A stretch of DNA of 64,000 nt from Alphaproteobacteria bacterium (lineage in GTDB: Bacteria > Pseudomonadota > Alphaproteobacteria > Micavibrionales > UBA2020). The stretch covers positions 23,334-87,333 of the forward strand of contig WGNE01000002.1 in the NCBI GenBank assembly GCA_016124645.1, in the 5' to 3' direction. Positions 9,863 through 18,497 of the stretch are shown here, one piece after another. The notes under the pieces are model-generated. The model did no database searches. It saw only the letters and a program-made list of their open reading frames with translations, and had not been told where the DNA came from. Both the position numbers and the translations under genes were made by a program. Position 1 is the first letter of the stretch. Every line of letters begins with the position of its first letter.

Positions 9863-11194
9863 ATGAAACGCTATGTCATCGCTTTTGCCGCCATCCTCCT
9901 CTGGGGCCTGACGGGGCTGAGCGCGCCCGCCCGCGCCGATTTGCACATCACCGTCGGATCGGGCCGCGTGGAGCCGATGCCCATCGCCATTCCGGCCTTT
10001 GCCGCGCAAACCAGCGCGGACAGGCAGACCGGGGACAACATGGTCAAGGTCATCACCGACGATTTGCAGAACTCGGGCCTGTTCCGCGTCCTCAGCCCGC
10101 GCTCCTACATTCAGGATTCAGCGGCGGCGGCGGTGCATCCCAATTTCTCGTCATGGCGCGCCATCAACGCGCAGGCGCTGGTGACCGGCGTGCTGACCGG
10201 CACGAGCGACGGGCGCACCCGCGTCGAGTTCCGCCTGTGGGACGTTTTCGGCCAGCAGCAGATGGTCGGCACCGCCTATATGACGACGGCCTCCAACTGG
10301 CGGCGCATCGCCCATATCATCGCGGATGCGATTTACAGCCGCATCACGGGGGAGAAAGGCTATTTCGACACGCGCATCGTCTATATCTCCGAAACCGGCC
10401 CGGCGAACGCGCGCATCAAGCGCCTCGCCATCATGGACCAGGACGGGGCGAACCACCGTTACCTCACCGACGGCAGCGCGCTGGTGCTGACCCCGCGCTT
10501 CTCGCCGACGCAGCAACAAATCACCTATATGGCCTATTACAACAACAAGCCGCGCGTCTATCTCTACGACATCGACAGCGGTCGCCAGACCCTGCTGGGC
10601 GATTTTCCGGGCATGACGTTTTCGCCGCGCTTCTCGCCCGACGGCCGCAAGGTCATCATGAGCCTGTCCAAGAACGGCAACGCGGACATCTACACGATGG
10701 ACCTGCACAGCCACAGCGTGACGCGGCTGACGAACGACAGCTCCATCAATACCTCGCCGTCGTACTCGCCGGACGGCAAGCAGATTTCCTTTGAATCCGA
10801 CCGCGGCGGCGCCCAGCAGATTTACGTCATGAACGCCGACGGTTCCAACCCGCACCGCATCACCTTCGGCAAGGGCCGCTACGGCGGTCCCGTCTGGTCG
10901 CCGCGCGGCGATCTCATCGCCTTCACCAAGATGCAGGGCGGGCAGTTCTACATCGGCGTCATCCACCCCGACGGCAGCGGCGAGCGCGAGATCACCAGCG
11001 GCTACGACGTCGAATCGCCCACCTGGGCGCCCAACGGCCGCGTGCTGGCCTATTTCAAGGAAGTGCCCGTCGGCATCCGCCATACCGAGCGCGTGGCGCA
11101 TCTCTACAGCATCGACCTGACCGGCTTCAACGAACGCCAGATCCCGACGCCGCTCAACGGCTCCGACCCCGCGTGGTCGCCGCTGAACCAGTAA
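9863..11194 (+). CDS. tolB: Tol-Pal system beta-propeller protein TolB
   Basis: Signal peptide, N-terminal TolB domain, and repeated PxFSPDG / PxWSP propeller motifs. 443 aa. Confidence 0.95.
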   Translation: MKRYVIAFAAILLWGLTGLSAPARADLHITVGSGRVEPMPIAIPAFAAQTSADRQTGDNMVKVITDDLQNSGLFRVLSPRSYIQDSAAAAVHPNFSSWRAINAQALVTGVLTGTSDGRTRVEFRLWDVFGQQQMVGTAYMTTASNWRRIAHIIADAIYSRITGEKGYFDTRIVYISETGPANARIKRLAIMDQDGANHRYLTDGSALVLTPRFSPTQQQITYMAYYNNKPRVYLYDIDSGRQTLLGDFPGMTFSPRFSPDGRKVIMSLSKNGNADIYTMDLHSHSVTRLTNDSSINTSPSYSPDGKQISFESDRGGAQQIYVMNADGSNPHRITFGKGRYGGPVWSPRGDLIAFTKMQGGQFYIGVIHPDGSGEREITSGYDVESPTWAPNGRVLAYFKEVPVGIRHTERVAHLYSIDLTGFNERQIPTPLNGSDPAWSPLNQ

Positions 11195-11800
11195 TTACGG
11201 CTTCAGCCACCCGCGGTCGATGGCGGGTTTGAGGAGGCGGCGGTAGATTTTCTCCGCCAGCGCGGTCAGCTTGTCGCCGAATTTCTTCCACAGCGGGCTG
11301 ACGGCCATTTGCCCCAGCACGGCGACGAGCACCGCGCCCGCCATGTCCATGGGGTAATGCACGCCCAGATAAATCCGCGCCCATGACACCACGACGCCGA
11401 CGGCGAAAACCGCGCCGCCGATAATCCAGCAGCGCCCCGCCAGCAGCGCGAAGGCGGCGGCGGCGAAAAACGTCGCGTGGTCGCTGGGGAAGGAGGCGTT
11501 GGGCGCGTGCGGCAGGTACTGGTGGCCGAGGCCGACGGCGAAGGGCCGCGGGTGCGGATAGGCGGCGGCAATAACGCCGCCGATGGCGAGCGAGACGCAA
11601 GTGACGAGGAAGGCCTCTATCGCCACGCCGCGCTTCTTGCTATCGCCCGTCAGCCACATGAAGGCGAGGACCAGCGGCACGAGGATGACGAGATACTTGG
11701 CGGCGACGGTGGCGAAGCCGATCATCCAGTGCGGCGCGTCCGCCCCGGCGTTGATCTGCATGAAAAGTTTTTCGTTGAAGCCCGACGGCGCCTTGGTCAT
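11195..11800 (-). CDS. PAP2-family phosphatase (undecaprenyl-diphosphatase-like membrane protein)
   Basis: PAP2 motifs PSDHATFF and YLGVHYPMDM. Polytopic, 201 aa. Its stop abuts the tolB stop with no intergenic base. Confidence 0.8.
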   Translation of the reverse strand: MTKAPSGFNEKLFMQINAGADAPHWMIGFATVAAKYLVILVPLVLAFMWLTGDSKKRGVAIEAFLVTCVSLAIGGVIAAAYPHPRPFAVGLGHQYLPHAPNASFPSDHATFFAAAAFALLAGRCWIIGGAVFAVGVVVSWARIYLGVHYPMDMAGAVLVAVLGQMAVSPLWKKFGDKLTALAEKIYRRLLKPAIDRGWLKP

Positions 11801-12309
11801 GCCTGCTCTTTTTCGCTTTCTTTCAGCATCTGCGGCACATCGGTGAAGGCCTCGATGACGCGGCTATAGACGTCGCGCTTGAAGGGCACGACGTAGTCGA
11901 GCAGGTCTTCCAGCGGCACCCATTTCCACCGGCCGAATTCGGGGTGGCTGTGGGCTTCGAGGTTGATGTCGTCATCCGTGCCGGTGAAGGCAAGGGCGAT
12001 CCACTTCTGCCGCTGGCCCTTGTACTTGCCGCCCCAGAGCCGCTTGGCCGTGCGCGGGGGGATGTCGTAGTAGATCCAGTCCTCGATGACGGTGACGATG
12101 CGCGCCGCGCGCGTGCCGATTTCCTCTTCCATCTCGCGGAAGACGGCGGTTTCGGGGTCTTCGCCCTCGTCGATGCCGCCCTGCGGCATCTGCCATGCGC
12201 CGGGGTTGTCGAGGCGCTCGCCCACCAGCACGAAGCCCTCGGCGTTGAAAATCGTCATGCCGACGCAGGGGCGGTAGCGGGCGTTTTTCTCCTCGTCGTC
12301 TTTACTCAT
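11797..12309 (-). CDS. rppH: RNA pyrophosphohydrolase RppH (Nudix)
   Basis: YRPCVG...WQMPQGGIDEGEDPETAVFREMEEEIG Nudix box. I place the start at MSKDD (12309), which overlaps the stop of the upstream gene. The longer track ORF has an Arg/Ser/Pro-rich artefactual N-terminus. Confidence 0.9.
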   Translation of the reverse strand: MSKDDEEKNARYRPCVGMTIFNAEGFVLVGERLDNPGAWQMPQGGIDEGEDPETAVFREMEEEIGTRAARIVTVIEDWIYYDIPPRTAKRLWGGKYKGQRQKWIALAFTGTDDDINLEAHSHPEFGRWKWVPLEDLLDYVVPFKRDVYSRVIEAFTDVPQMLKESEKEQA

Positions 12310-13417
12310 CTGTCTTGTCCTGCTCCTGCGCGGGGGCCGCGTCCTCGTCGGGGCCGACCACGCCGCCGGTGACGGGCGCGTCCGGCGTGTTGTCTTCGGC
12401 CTTGTCGCCGTCGTCTTCCTTGTTGTTTCCTTCATCGACCGGCTGCAGCGCCTGTCCCTGCTGTTCCTGTTCCTGCGCTTCCTTCTTCTTCTCCGCCGCG
12501 ATCTGGAAGAGCTGGGCGGGGGTGACGAGGGTGATCTTGCGGCTGCCGAGGCTGGCCGCCCAGTCGTGCAGGATGCTGAAGGTGAGCGGATAGGGTCGCG
12601 CCACGGCCAGCGCATAGCCGCGCTTGCGCGCGAGCTTTTCAAGGTCCAGAAGCTGCTGGTGGATGTCGAGCGGGCTGACGCTCTTGTCGATGGTCATGTC
12701 GGCGGCCAGATAGGGCACGCCGCTTTCCTTCGCCTGCACCGCCGCCTGCGGCAGGTTGCCGGCGGCATCCTCGATGAAGTATTCGTTGTGCTTCTTCAGC
12801 GCCTCGAAGAAGGCCTGCATGTCCTTGCTGTCGCCCAGAAAGGCCGAGCCCATCTGGTTCATCACCCCGGTGACCCCGGGCGCGTTGTCGAGAATGAAGG
12901 ACAGGTGGCGCGCGTTCACGTCGCCGCTCTGGCGGGTCAGCAGGGCGAGGGGGCCGGGATCGTCGCGCGGATAGGTCAGCGGCTCCATCGGCACCAGCAC
13001 CAGCCGGTCGCGCCCGGCCTTGCCCGCCTTTTTCAGCCAGTCTTGAAGGCCGGGGCTGTAGGGGGAAAAGGCGAGGGGCATCTTCGCGGGCAGTTCGTCC
13101 AGCGCGCGCTGGGTGACGTCCTCGGCAAGGCCCAGCCCGCTCATGACGATGGTGACCGCGCCCCCGTCGCCCTCGGGCGGGGCGATCGCGTCATGGGCGA
13201 AGGGGTTGGAGGCGGTTCCGCCGGAAGCGATCGTGCCACCGGGATAGGCCTTGCTGACCGTCGCCTGCGCGTGGGGCGTGCGCTCCTGCCAGTCGTGGCG
13301 CGTCGCCGCGGCGTGCAGCCAGACCCAGCCGCCGATCAGGCAGACCGACAAGCCATACAGGGAAAGCCCGATGAAAAAGCTTTTCTTGTGCGCAGGCGGA
13401 AAAGAAGACCATCCCAT
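12302..13417 (-). CDS. divergent polysaccharide deacetylase family protein (YibQ-like)
   Basis: N-terminal TM, then VTIVMSGLGL...LAFSPY...LVPMEP...LSFILD motifs typical of the YibQ/DUF610 family. Conserved position next to ctpA. Confidence 0.8.
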   Translation of the reverse strand: MGWSSFPPAHKKSFFIGLSLYGLSVCLIGGWVWLHAAATRHDWQERTPHAQATVSKAYPGGTIASGGTASNPFAHDAIAPPEGDGGAVTIVMSGLGLAEDVTQRALDELPAKMPLAFSPYSPGLQDWLKKAGKAGRDRLVLVPMEPLTYPRDDPGPLALLTRQSGDVNARHLSFILDNAPGVTGVMNQMGSAFLGDSKDMQAFFEALKKHNEYFIEDAAGNLPQAAVQAKESGVPYLAADMTIDKSVSPLDIHQQLLDLEKLARKRGYALAVARPYPLTFSILHDWAASLGSRKITLVTPAQLFQIAAEKKKEAQEQEQQGQALQPVDEGNNKEDDGDKAEDNTPDAPVTGGVVGPDEDAAPAQEQDKTDE

Positions 13418-13435
13418 ATTGGCTACAGCTTCCGG

Positions 13436-14857
13436 TTATTTCTTGCCGGCGTCGTCGCCCTTGTCGGCGGCCATTTCCGCCGGGCCGCCCGTGCGGTAGA
13501 TGGAAATGCCTTCCAGAAGGTCCACGGCGCGCAGCAGCTGGTAATCGTTGGACAGGTCGTTTTCGTCCGCGTCCTTGCCGTCCTTGTCTTTGCCCTTGTC
13601 CTTCTTGTCGCCGATCTTGCTGTCGGGCATCAGGGTGGGGTTGCCGACTTCCTTGTTGTTGGTGGCGTCGGGGTTGGCCAGCGCGCCCTTCAGGTCGGCT
13701 TCGTGGATTTCAAGGTAGTTGTCCTTCTCGGCCACGACCTTGGCGGGCTCGATGACGATGTCCGGCGTGATGCCCTTGGCCTGGATGGAACGGCCCGAGG
13801 GCGTGTAGTAGCGCGCGGTGGTCAGCTTGATGGAGCCGCCGCCCGGCGCGTCGAACAGCGTCTGGACGGAGCCCTTGCCGAAGCTGCGCGTGCCCAGCAG
13901 CACGGCGCGCTTGTGGTCCTGCAGCGCGCCCGCCACGATCTCGGAAGCCGAGGCGGAGCCGCTGTTGATGAGCACCACGACCGGCAGGCCGTCCGCCATG
14001 TCACCCGGCGTCGCGTTGTCGCGGCGCATGTCGTCGGGGTTGCGCCCGCGGGTGGAGACGATCTCGCCCTTGTCGATGAAGGCGTCGGAAACGTCGATGG
14101 CCTGGTCAAGCAGCCCGCCCGGGTTGTTGCGCAGGTCGAGCACGTAGCCGATGAGCTTGTTGCCGGTTTCCTTCTTGATGTCGTGGAAGGCCTTTTTCAG
14201 GCCGGGGAAGGTCTGGGCGTTGAACTGGGTGATGCGGATGTAGCCGACGTTGCCCTTTTCGACGCGGTACTTCACGGACTTGATCTGGATGATGTCGCGG
14301 GTCAGCTTGAATTTCAGCGGTTCCTTCGCGCCCTTGCGCACGACGACGAGGTGGATGTCCGTGCCGACCTTGCCGCGCATCTTCTCGATCGCGTCGTTGA
14401 GCGTCATGCCCATGACCTGCTTGCCGTCGATCTCGACGATGAGGTCGCCGGCCTTGATGCCGGCGCGCGCCGCGGGCGTGTCGTCGATGGGCGAGACGAC
14501 CTTGACGACGCCGTTCTCCATCGTGACCTCGATGCCGAGGCCGCCGAACTCGCCGGTGTTCATGACGTTCATCGCCTTCGTCTCTTCCTCGTTCATGTAG
14601 TTCGAGTGCGGGTCGAGGCTGGTGAGCATGCCGTTAAGCGCGTATTCGATGAGCTTCTTGTCGGACACCTTATCGACGTAGTTGGCGCGCACCTGCTCGA
14701 AGACGTCGCCGAAGAGGTTCAGCGCCTTGTAGGTGTCCGAGGCGGTGCTGCGGCCCGCCGTGCGCTGGTCCGAACTCGCGGCGATGGCGCTGAAGGAGGT
14801 GAAGGCGATGACGAGGGCGATTGCCGTGCCGGTCTTGATCTTGTGCGTGAGGGACAT
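13436..14857 (-). CDS. ctpA: carboxy-terminal processing protease (S41 family)
   Basis: Signal peptide, PDZ region (GIKAGDLIVEIDGK), and S41 catalytic region (LINSGSASASEIVAGALQD...GTRSFGKGSVQ). Confidence 0.9.
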   Translation of the reverse strand: MSLTHKIKTGTAIALVIAFTSFSAIAASSDQRTAGRSTASDTYKALNLFGDVFEQVRANYVDKVSDKKLIEYALNGMLTSLDPHSNYMNEEETKAMNVMNTGEFGGLGIEVTMENGVVKVVSPIDDTPAARAGIKAGDLIVEIDGKQVMGMTLNDAIEKMRGKVGTDIHLVVVRKGAKEPLKFKLTRDIIQIKSVKYRVEKGNVGYIRITQFNAQTFPGLKKAFHDIKKETGNKLIGYVLDLRNNPGGLLDQAIDVSDAFIDKGEIVSTRGRNPDDMRRDNATPGDMADGLPVVVLINSGSASASEIVAGALQDHKRAVLLGTRSFGKGSVQTLFDAPGGGSIKLTTARYYTPSGRSIQAKGITPDIVIEPAKVVAEKDNYLEIHEADLKGALANPDATNNKEVGNPTLMPDSKIGDKKDKGKDKDGKDADENDLSNDYQLLRAVDLLEGISIYRTGGPAEMAADKGDDAGKK

Positions 14858-14859
14858 TG

Positions 14860-16020
14860 CTAGCTTTTATCCTGTTTTCGTTGGGCGACTAATAATTTCC
14901 GCGGGTTCACGGGGTCCCCGTTCTCGCGAAGTTCGTAGTAAATGCGGGCATCGTGTGTTGAAGAAGCGGCGACCCCGACGGGCTCGCCTGCGGCCAAGGT
15001 CGCGCCGACGACGGTGTCGATGCGGCTGAGGCCTGCAATCAGGCTATGATAGCCGCCTTGGTGTTCCACAATCAAGATTTGCTTGTATTTCTGGAAGGGA
15101 CCGGCGAAGCGCACCACGCCGCCCAGCGGGGTGACGACGGTGGCGCCGGGGCGCGTATTAAACGTAATGCCGCGGCTCTTGCTGCCCATGTCGTCGGTCT
15201 GGCCGAAGGCGGTGCGCACGGTGCCCGAAACGGGCAGGATGGTGGAGGAGGGCAGGTGCAGGGCGGTCAGCGCCGTGCCGTCCGCCGCGCGCGAGGCGGT
15301 GCGCAGGTGTTCCGGCCGGATGCGCGAGACGAGGTCTTCGAGGCTCTTCGCTTCCTTGGCCAGCTGCGCGACCTCGGCCTCCTGCGCCTTGCGGTCGCTT
15401 TCCGTGCGGCGGTAGAGCCCGCGCCGCTTTTGAAGCAATCCGTCAAGACTTGCCTGTTGTTTCTTGAGTTTGCTCAGTTCCGCTGATTGTTTTTTGCGCT
15501 GGGCGTTGATGTCGTCTTCCACCGCGGCCAGCTTGTCCAGCTCTTCCTTCACGCGGGTTTCATGGCTGTTGAGCGTGGGGATCATCGCTTTCATCACCAG
15601 CGAGGCGCGCGCCGCGTCCAGCGGCTTTTCCTTCACCAGAATGTCGGGGGTGGAGCTGCGGCTGTATTTCTGCGCGGCGGAAACGAAGCCGCCCAGCGCC
15701 TGTTGGTCGGCGTAAAGCCGCGCCACGCATTGCCCCTTGCGGCGCTGCAGGTCCTTCAGCTTTTCATCGGTGGCGGAAAGGGCGTCTTCCGTCCCGCGCA
15801 GGCTGCGGGTGGTGGTGACGAGGCGCGAGCGCAGGCTGCGGACCTCGGCGTTGATTTTTTTTGCCTTGCCGGCGAGTTCCGCCTGCGCGGCTTTTTTCTG
15901 TTCCAGGCGGGCCTTGATGTCCTCGGCGGAGGCGGCATGGGCGGTCGCGGCGTGCGCGAAGACGGAGAATGAGAGCATTCCCGACGCGCAAAGCAGCAAA
16001 AACCGATGTTTTCCGGCCAT
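14860..16020 (-). CDS. murein hydrolase activator EnvC-like protein (coiled coil + M23 peptidase domain)
   Basis: I place the start at MAGKHRFLLLCASG (signal peptide). A long coiled coil is followed by a C-terminal M23/LytM domain (GITFNTRPGATVVTPLGGVVRFAG...YELRENGDPVNP). Confidence 0.8.
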   Translation of the reverse strand: MAGKHRFLLLCASGMLSFSVFAHAATAHAASAEDIKARLEQKKAAQAELAGKAKKINAEVRSLRSRLVTTTRSLRGTEDALSATDEKLKDLQRRKGQCVARLYADQQALGGFVSAAQKYSRSSTPDILVKEKPLDAARASLVMKAMIPTLNSHETRVKEELDKLAAVEDDINAQRKKQSAELSKLKKQQASLDGLLQKRRGLYRRTESDRKAQEAEVAQLAKEAKSLEDLVSRIRPEHLRTASRAADGTALTALHLPSSTILPVSGTVRTAFGQTDDMGSKSRGITFNTRPGATVVTPLGGVVRFAGPFQKYKQILIVEHQGGYHSLIAGLSRIDTVVGATLAAGEPVGVAASSTHDARIYYELRENGDPVNPRKLLVAQRKQDKS

Positions 16021-16054
16021 CTCCTGAAATTCCCAATCGCGCGGTGCGCGCCTG

Positions 16055-16504
16055 TTAAGCCCGGTGATAAGGGTGCCCGGCAAGGATCTGCTGGGCGCGA
16101 TACACCTGTTCCAACAGCATAACCCGAACGAGCATATGAGGCCAAGTTTGTTTACCAAAAGAAAGCAGGAATTTTGCCTTCTCGCGCACCGTATTATCGA
16201 AACCATCGGCCCCGCCGATGAGGAAGACGATCTCGTTGCCGGAGGCGGCGCGGTTCCATTTCGATATTCTTTTGGCGAAGTCGGGGCTGGAGAAGGTCTC
16301 GCCCCGCTCGTCGAGGGCGACGACGAGGGTGTTTTGCGGCAGTTGCTTGAGGATGAGGGGGGCTTCCTGTTTCGAGGTCGAGCCCTTGGGCGCGTCGATT
16401 TCGGTCAGGCTGACCTGCCATTTCAGGCGTTTTATGTATTCATTGCACAAGTCGAGCAATGGCGAGGGCTTCAGCCGGCCCACGGCGATGATGCGTATCT
16501 TCAT
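16055..16504 (-). CDS. rlmH: 23S rRNA (pseudouridine1915-N3)-methyltransferase RlmH
   Basis: SPOUT RlmH signature MKIRIIAVGRLK...IVFLIGGADG...SFGKQTWPH. 149 aa. Confidence 0.9.
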   Translation of the reverse strand: MKIRIIAVGRLKPSPLLDLCNEYIKRLKWQVSLTEIDAPKGSTSKQEAPLILKQLPQNTLVVALDERGETFSSPDFAKRISKWNRAASGNEIVFLIGGADGFDNTVREKAKFLLSFGKQTWPHMLVRVMLLEQVYRAQQILAGHPYHRA

Positions 16505-16534
16505 GAAAACCGGTCCGGCCCGTTCCCGGCGGCC

Positions 16535-16867
16535 TTACGGCGCGGCGGTCTGGTAGCGCGTGTAGTCGGCGGTCGAGAAATCCGTCGCCCAGAGCTTTTC
16601 GAGGTTGTAGAACTCGCGCACTTCGGCGCGGAAGATGTGGACGATGACGTCGCCCGCGTCAACCACGACCCAGTCGCCGCCCTGCTGCCCTTCGAGGCGC
16701 GCCTTGACGCCCTCGGCGGAAAGCTTGTCGCGCAGGTTGGACGCCATGGCGCTGACCTGCCGCGAGGACGTCCCCGTGACGATGACCATGTAATCCGCGA
16801 TGGAGGTTTTGCCGGCGAGATCGATGGAAACGATGTTTTCCCCCTTGTCCTGGTCCAGCAGCTTCAT
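16535..16867 (-). CDS. rsfS: ribosome silencing factor RsfS
   Basis: DKGENIVSIDLAGKTSIADYMVIVTGTSSRQV...WVVVDAGDVIVHIF...EKLW signature. The ATG at 16867 is the conservative start. The true start may be upstream (TTG at 16882, or ATC at 16929 behind a strong GGGAGGA). Confidence 0.8.
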   Translation of the reverse strand: MKLLDQDKGENIVSIDLAGKTSIADYMVIVTGTSSRQVSAMASNLRDKLSAEGVKARLEGQQGGDWVVVDAGDVIVHIFRAEVREFYNLEKLWATDFSTADYTRYQTAAP

Positions 16868-17178
16868 GACGAGGTCGTGCAATTTATGTTTCGGCTTTGC
16901 AGCGCCAGCCTTTTTCGTTTTGGTTGCGATGGTATCCTCCCTTTTTAAAAAAACAAAACGCAAGCGGCAGCACCTGCTTGCGTTGAAAAATCGAGCGTCG
17001 GAATGTCCCTGCTTTTCAGGCTGATCAGATAGACCGTCAAACGACCTTGAAACCTCCCTCGGTTCATGGCAGCCCGGACTCTTTCCGGCGCTCTTCATAA
17101 TTATATTATACCGCTAATTGAAACGGGGTGCAACAGGGGCGGGAAAGCCCTGAAAACAAGGAAGAATCGGTATCGCCC

Positions 17179-18453
17179 TTATCCGGCGGCGAGACCGTTC
17201 CGCACGCGGTTCTGCGCGGCGGCGGCGGGGGCTTTCATCGTGGCTGTCACGCCTTGAGTCGCGGATTTCATCGCGGCGGCGGAAAATTTTTGCATGTCGG
17301 CGGGCGTCTCGACCCCGGCGGCGGCGAGAACCTCGCTCATGTTCTGCGGCCCGTCCCTGCCCAGCAGGGCTTCGCTGACGCGGCGGCGGGTCTGCGGGTC
17401 CGCGCCCTGAAGCTGCGTCACCATGCCGCGCGCGAGCAAGAGCCCCACCGGCCGCGAATGCAGGCGCGCCGCCGTGTCGTCCAGCTTTTTCTCGGCGACG
17501 GCGGAGAGATGCTTGCTGCCCTGCGCGTTCCGGGCGCCGTCGATGGCGTCCGCCACGTCCTGCGCGGGCTTGTATTGCCGCCACTGCGGGCCCAGCCATT
17601 CTTCGAGCGTCTTGTTGTTTTCCGTACCAGTTTCCGTTTTCGTTTTCTGCGCTTCCTGCGCGGCGAGGGAGACGGGCATCTGCCAGAGGTTGCGCGTCAT
17701 CGTGGCGTCGAACTGTTCTTTCGCGGCTTTCGCGACGGCGGGGTCGTCGCTCTTCATCAGGTGGTCATAGACGATGTTCTGCACGACATAGGCCTGAAAC
17801 TCGTCCATGTGTTTCGGGTTGTCGCCGAATTTCTGTCCGTCCGGCGCGCGGATGTAATCGTCGGCGATGGCGTGGCCCAGCTCATGCGCGAGGTAGATCG
17901 TGCTGTTGATGGAATCGTCGTATTCGAACTGGATGACCGCCTTGGCGTTGGGGTTGGCGGGGTCCCACTCCGTGGCTTCGCTGCCGGCTTCGAGGCAGCG
18001 CATGATGTGCATCTTGCCGCTTTCGACGTGGCGGATGCGCCAGCGCGACTCGTCTTCCGTCAGCATCGTCGCCGACAAGTCTTCGATGAAGTTTTTCTGT
18101 ATCGCGGCATCGAAACCCGCCTCGAAAATCTCCCGCGCTTTTTGTCCGAGGGCGGGGTCGAAATTCTCCAGCGCCTCGATGATGAGCGCCCGGCTTTTGT
18201 CGAAGGAAAAACGCGGCCCGTCCGTGACGGCGGTGGCGTCGGTCAGCACCGCGCCCGGCGGCTGTTGAGAGGTTTCCTGCGCGAAGCTTTGCCGCGCCGC
18301 CACCCGCGCGGCGTCCAGCAGGGGCTCCACCACGGAATCGGGATAATAGCTGCCCGTGGCGTCCTTGTCCGCCGGCAGCCCCGCATTGGCGTAAGCCCCT
18401 GTTTTATAACCCAGCATTACATAATTATACGCCGGAGCCCGAAATCTGTCCAA
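17179..18453 (-). CDS. hypothetical HExxH zinc-metallopeptidase-like protein
   Basis: IYLAHELGHAIADDY motif in a 424-aa protein with no signal peptide. The N-terminal part is loosely reminiscent of M3 oligoendopeptidases. The C-terminal ~130 aa are unassignable. Confidence 0.55.
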   Translation of the reverse strand: MDRFRAPAYNYVMLGYKTGAYANAGLPADKDATGSYYPDSVVEPLLDAARVAARQSFAQETSQQPPGAVLTDATAVTDGPRFSFDKSRALIIEALENFDPALGQKAREIFEAGFDAAIQKNFIEDLSATMLTEDESRWRIRHVESGKMHIMRCLEAGSEATEWDPANPNAKAVIQFEYDDSINSTIYLAHELGHAIADDYIRAPDGQKFGDNPKHMDEFQAYVVQNIVYDHLMKSDDPAVAKAAKEQFDATMTRNLWQMPVSLAAQEAQKTKTETGTENNKTLEEWLGPQWRQYKPAQDVADAIDGARNAQGSKHLSAVAEKKLDDTAARLHSRPVGLLLARGMVTQLQGADPQTRRRVSEALLGRDGPQNMSEVLAAAGVETPADMQKFSAAAMKSATQGVTATMKAPAAAAQNRVRNGLAAG

Positions 18454-18497
18454 CTTCCCGGCCCATGCCCAATGAAAACAGGGGGCTAGGGGGCTTC

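Noticed and set aside
11797-12642. N-terminal extensions of track ORFs for rppH (281 aa). The same issue affects the M23 protein (14860..16206), phhA (37279..38496), atpI, the small HTH gene and the heptad-repeat gene.
   Set aside because: The extensions are Arg/Pro/Ser-rich or overlap the upstream gene extensively. Internal Met codons coincide with the start of family-conserved sequence, signal peptides or ATGA junctions.
12566-14863. A 765-aa plus-strand ORF, the longest of many long alternative-frame ORFs (others include 1299..2663, 6032..7219, 8924..10009, 19359..20828, 29322..30455 and 45329..46684).
   Set aside because: It lies exactly antisense to the well-supported yibQ-like and ctpA genes. 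Its translation is Arg/Gly/Ala/Val/His-dominated with no motifs. This is the usual consequence of stop-codon scarcity in high-GC DNA.
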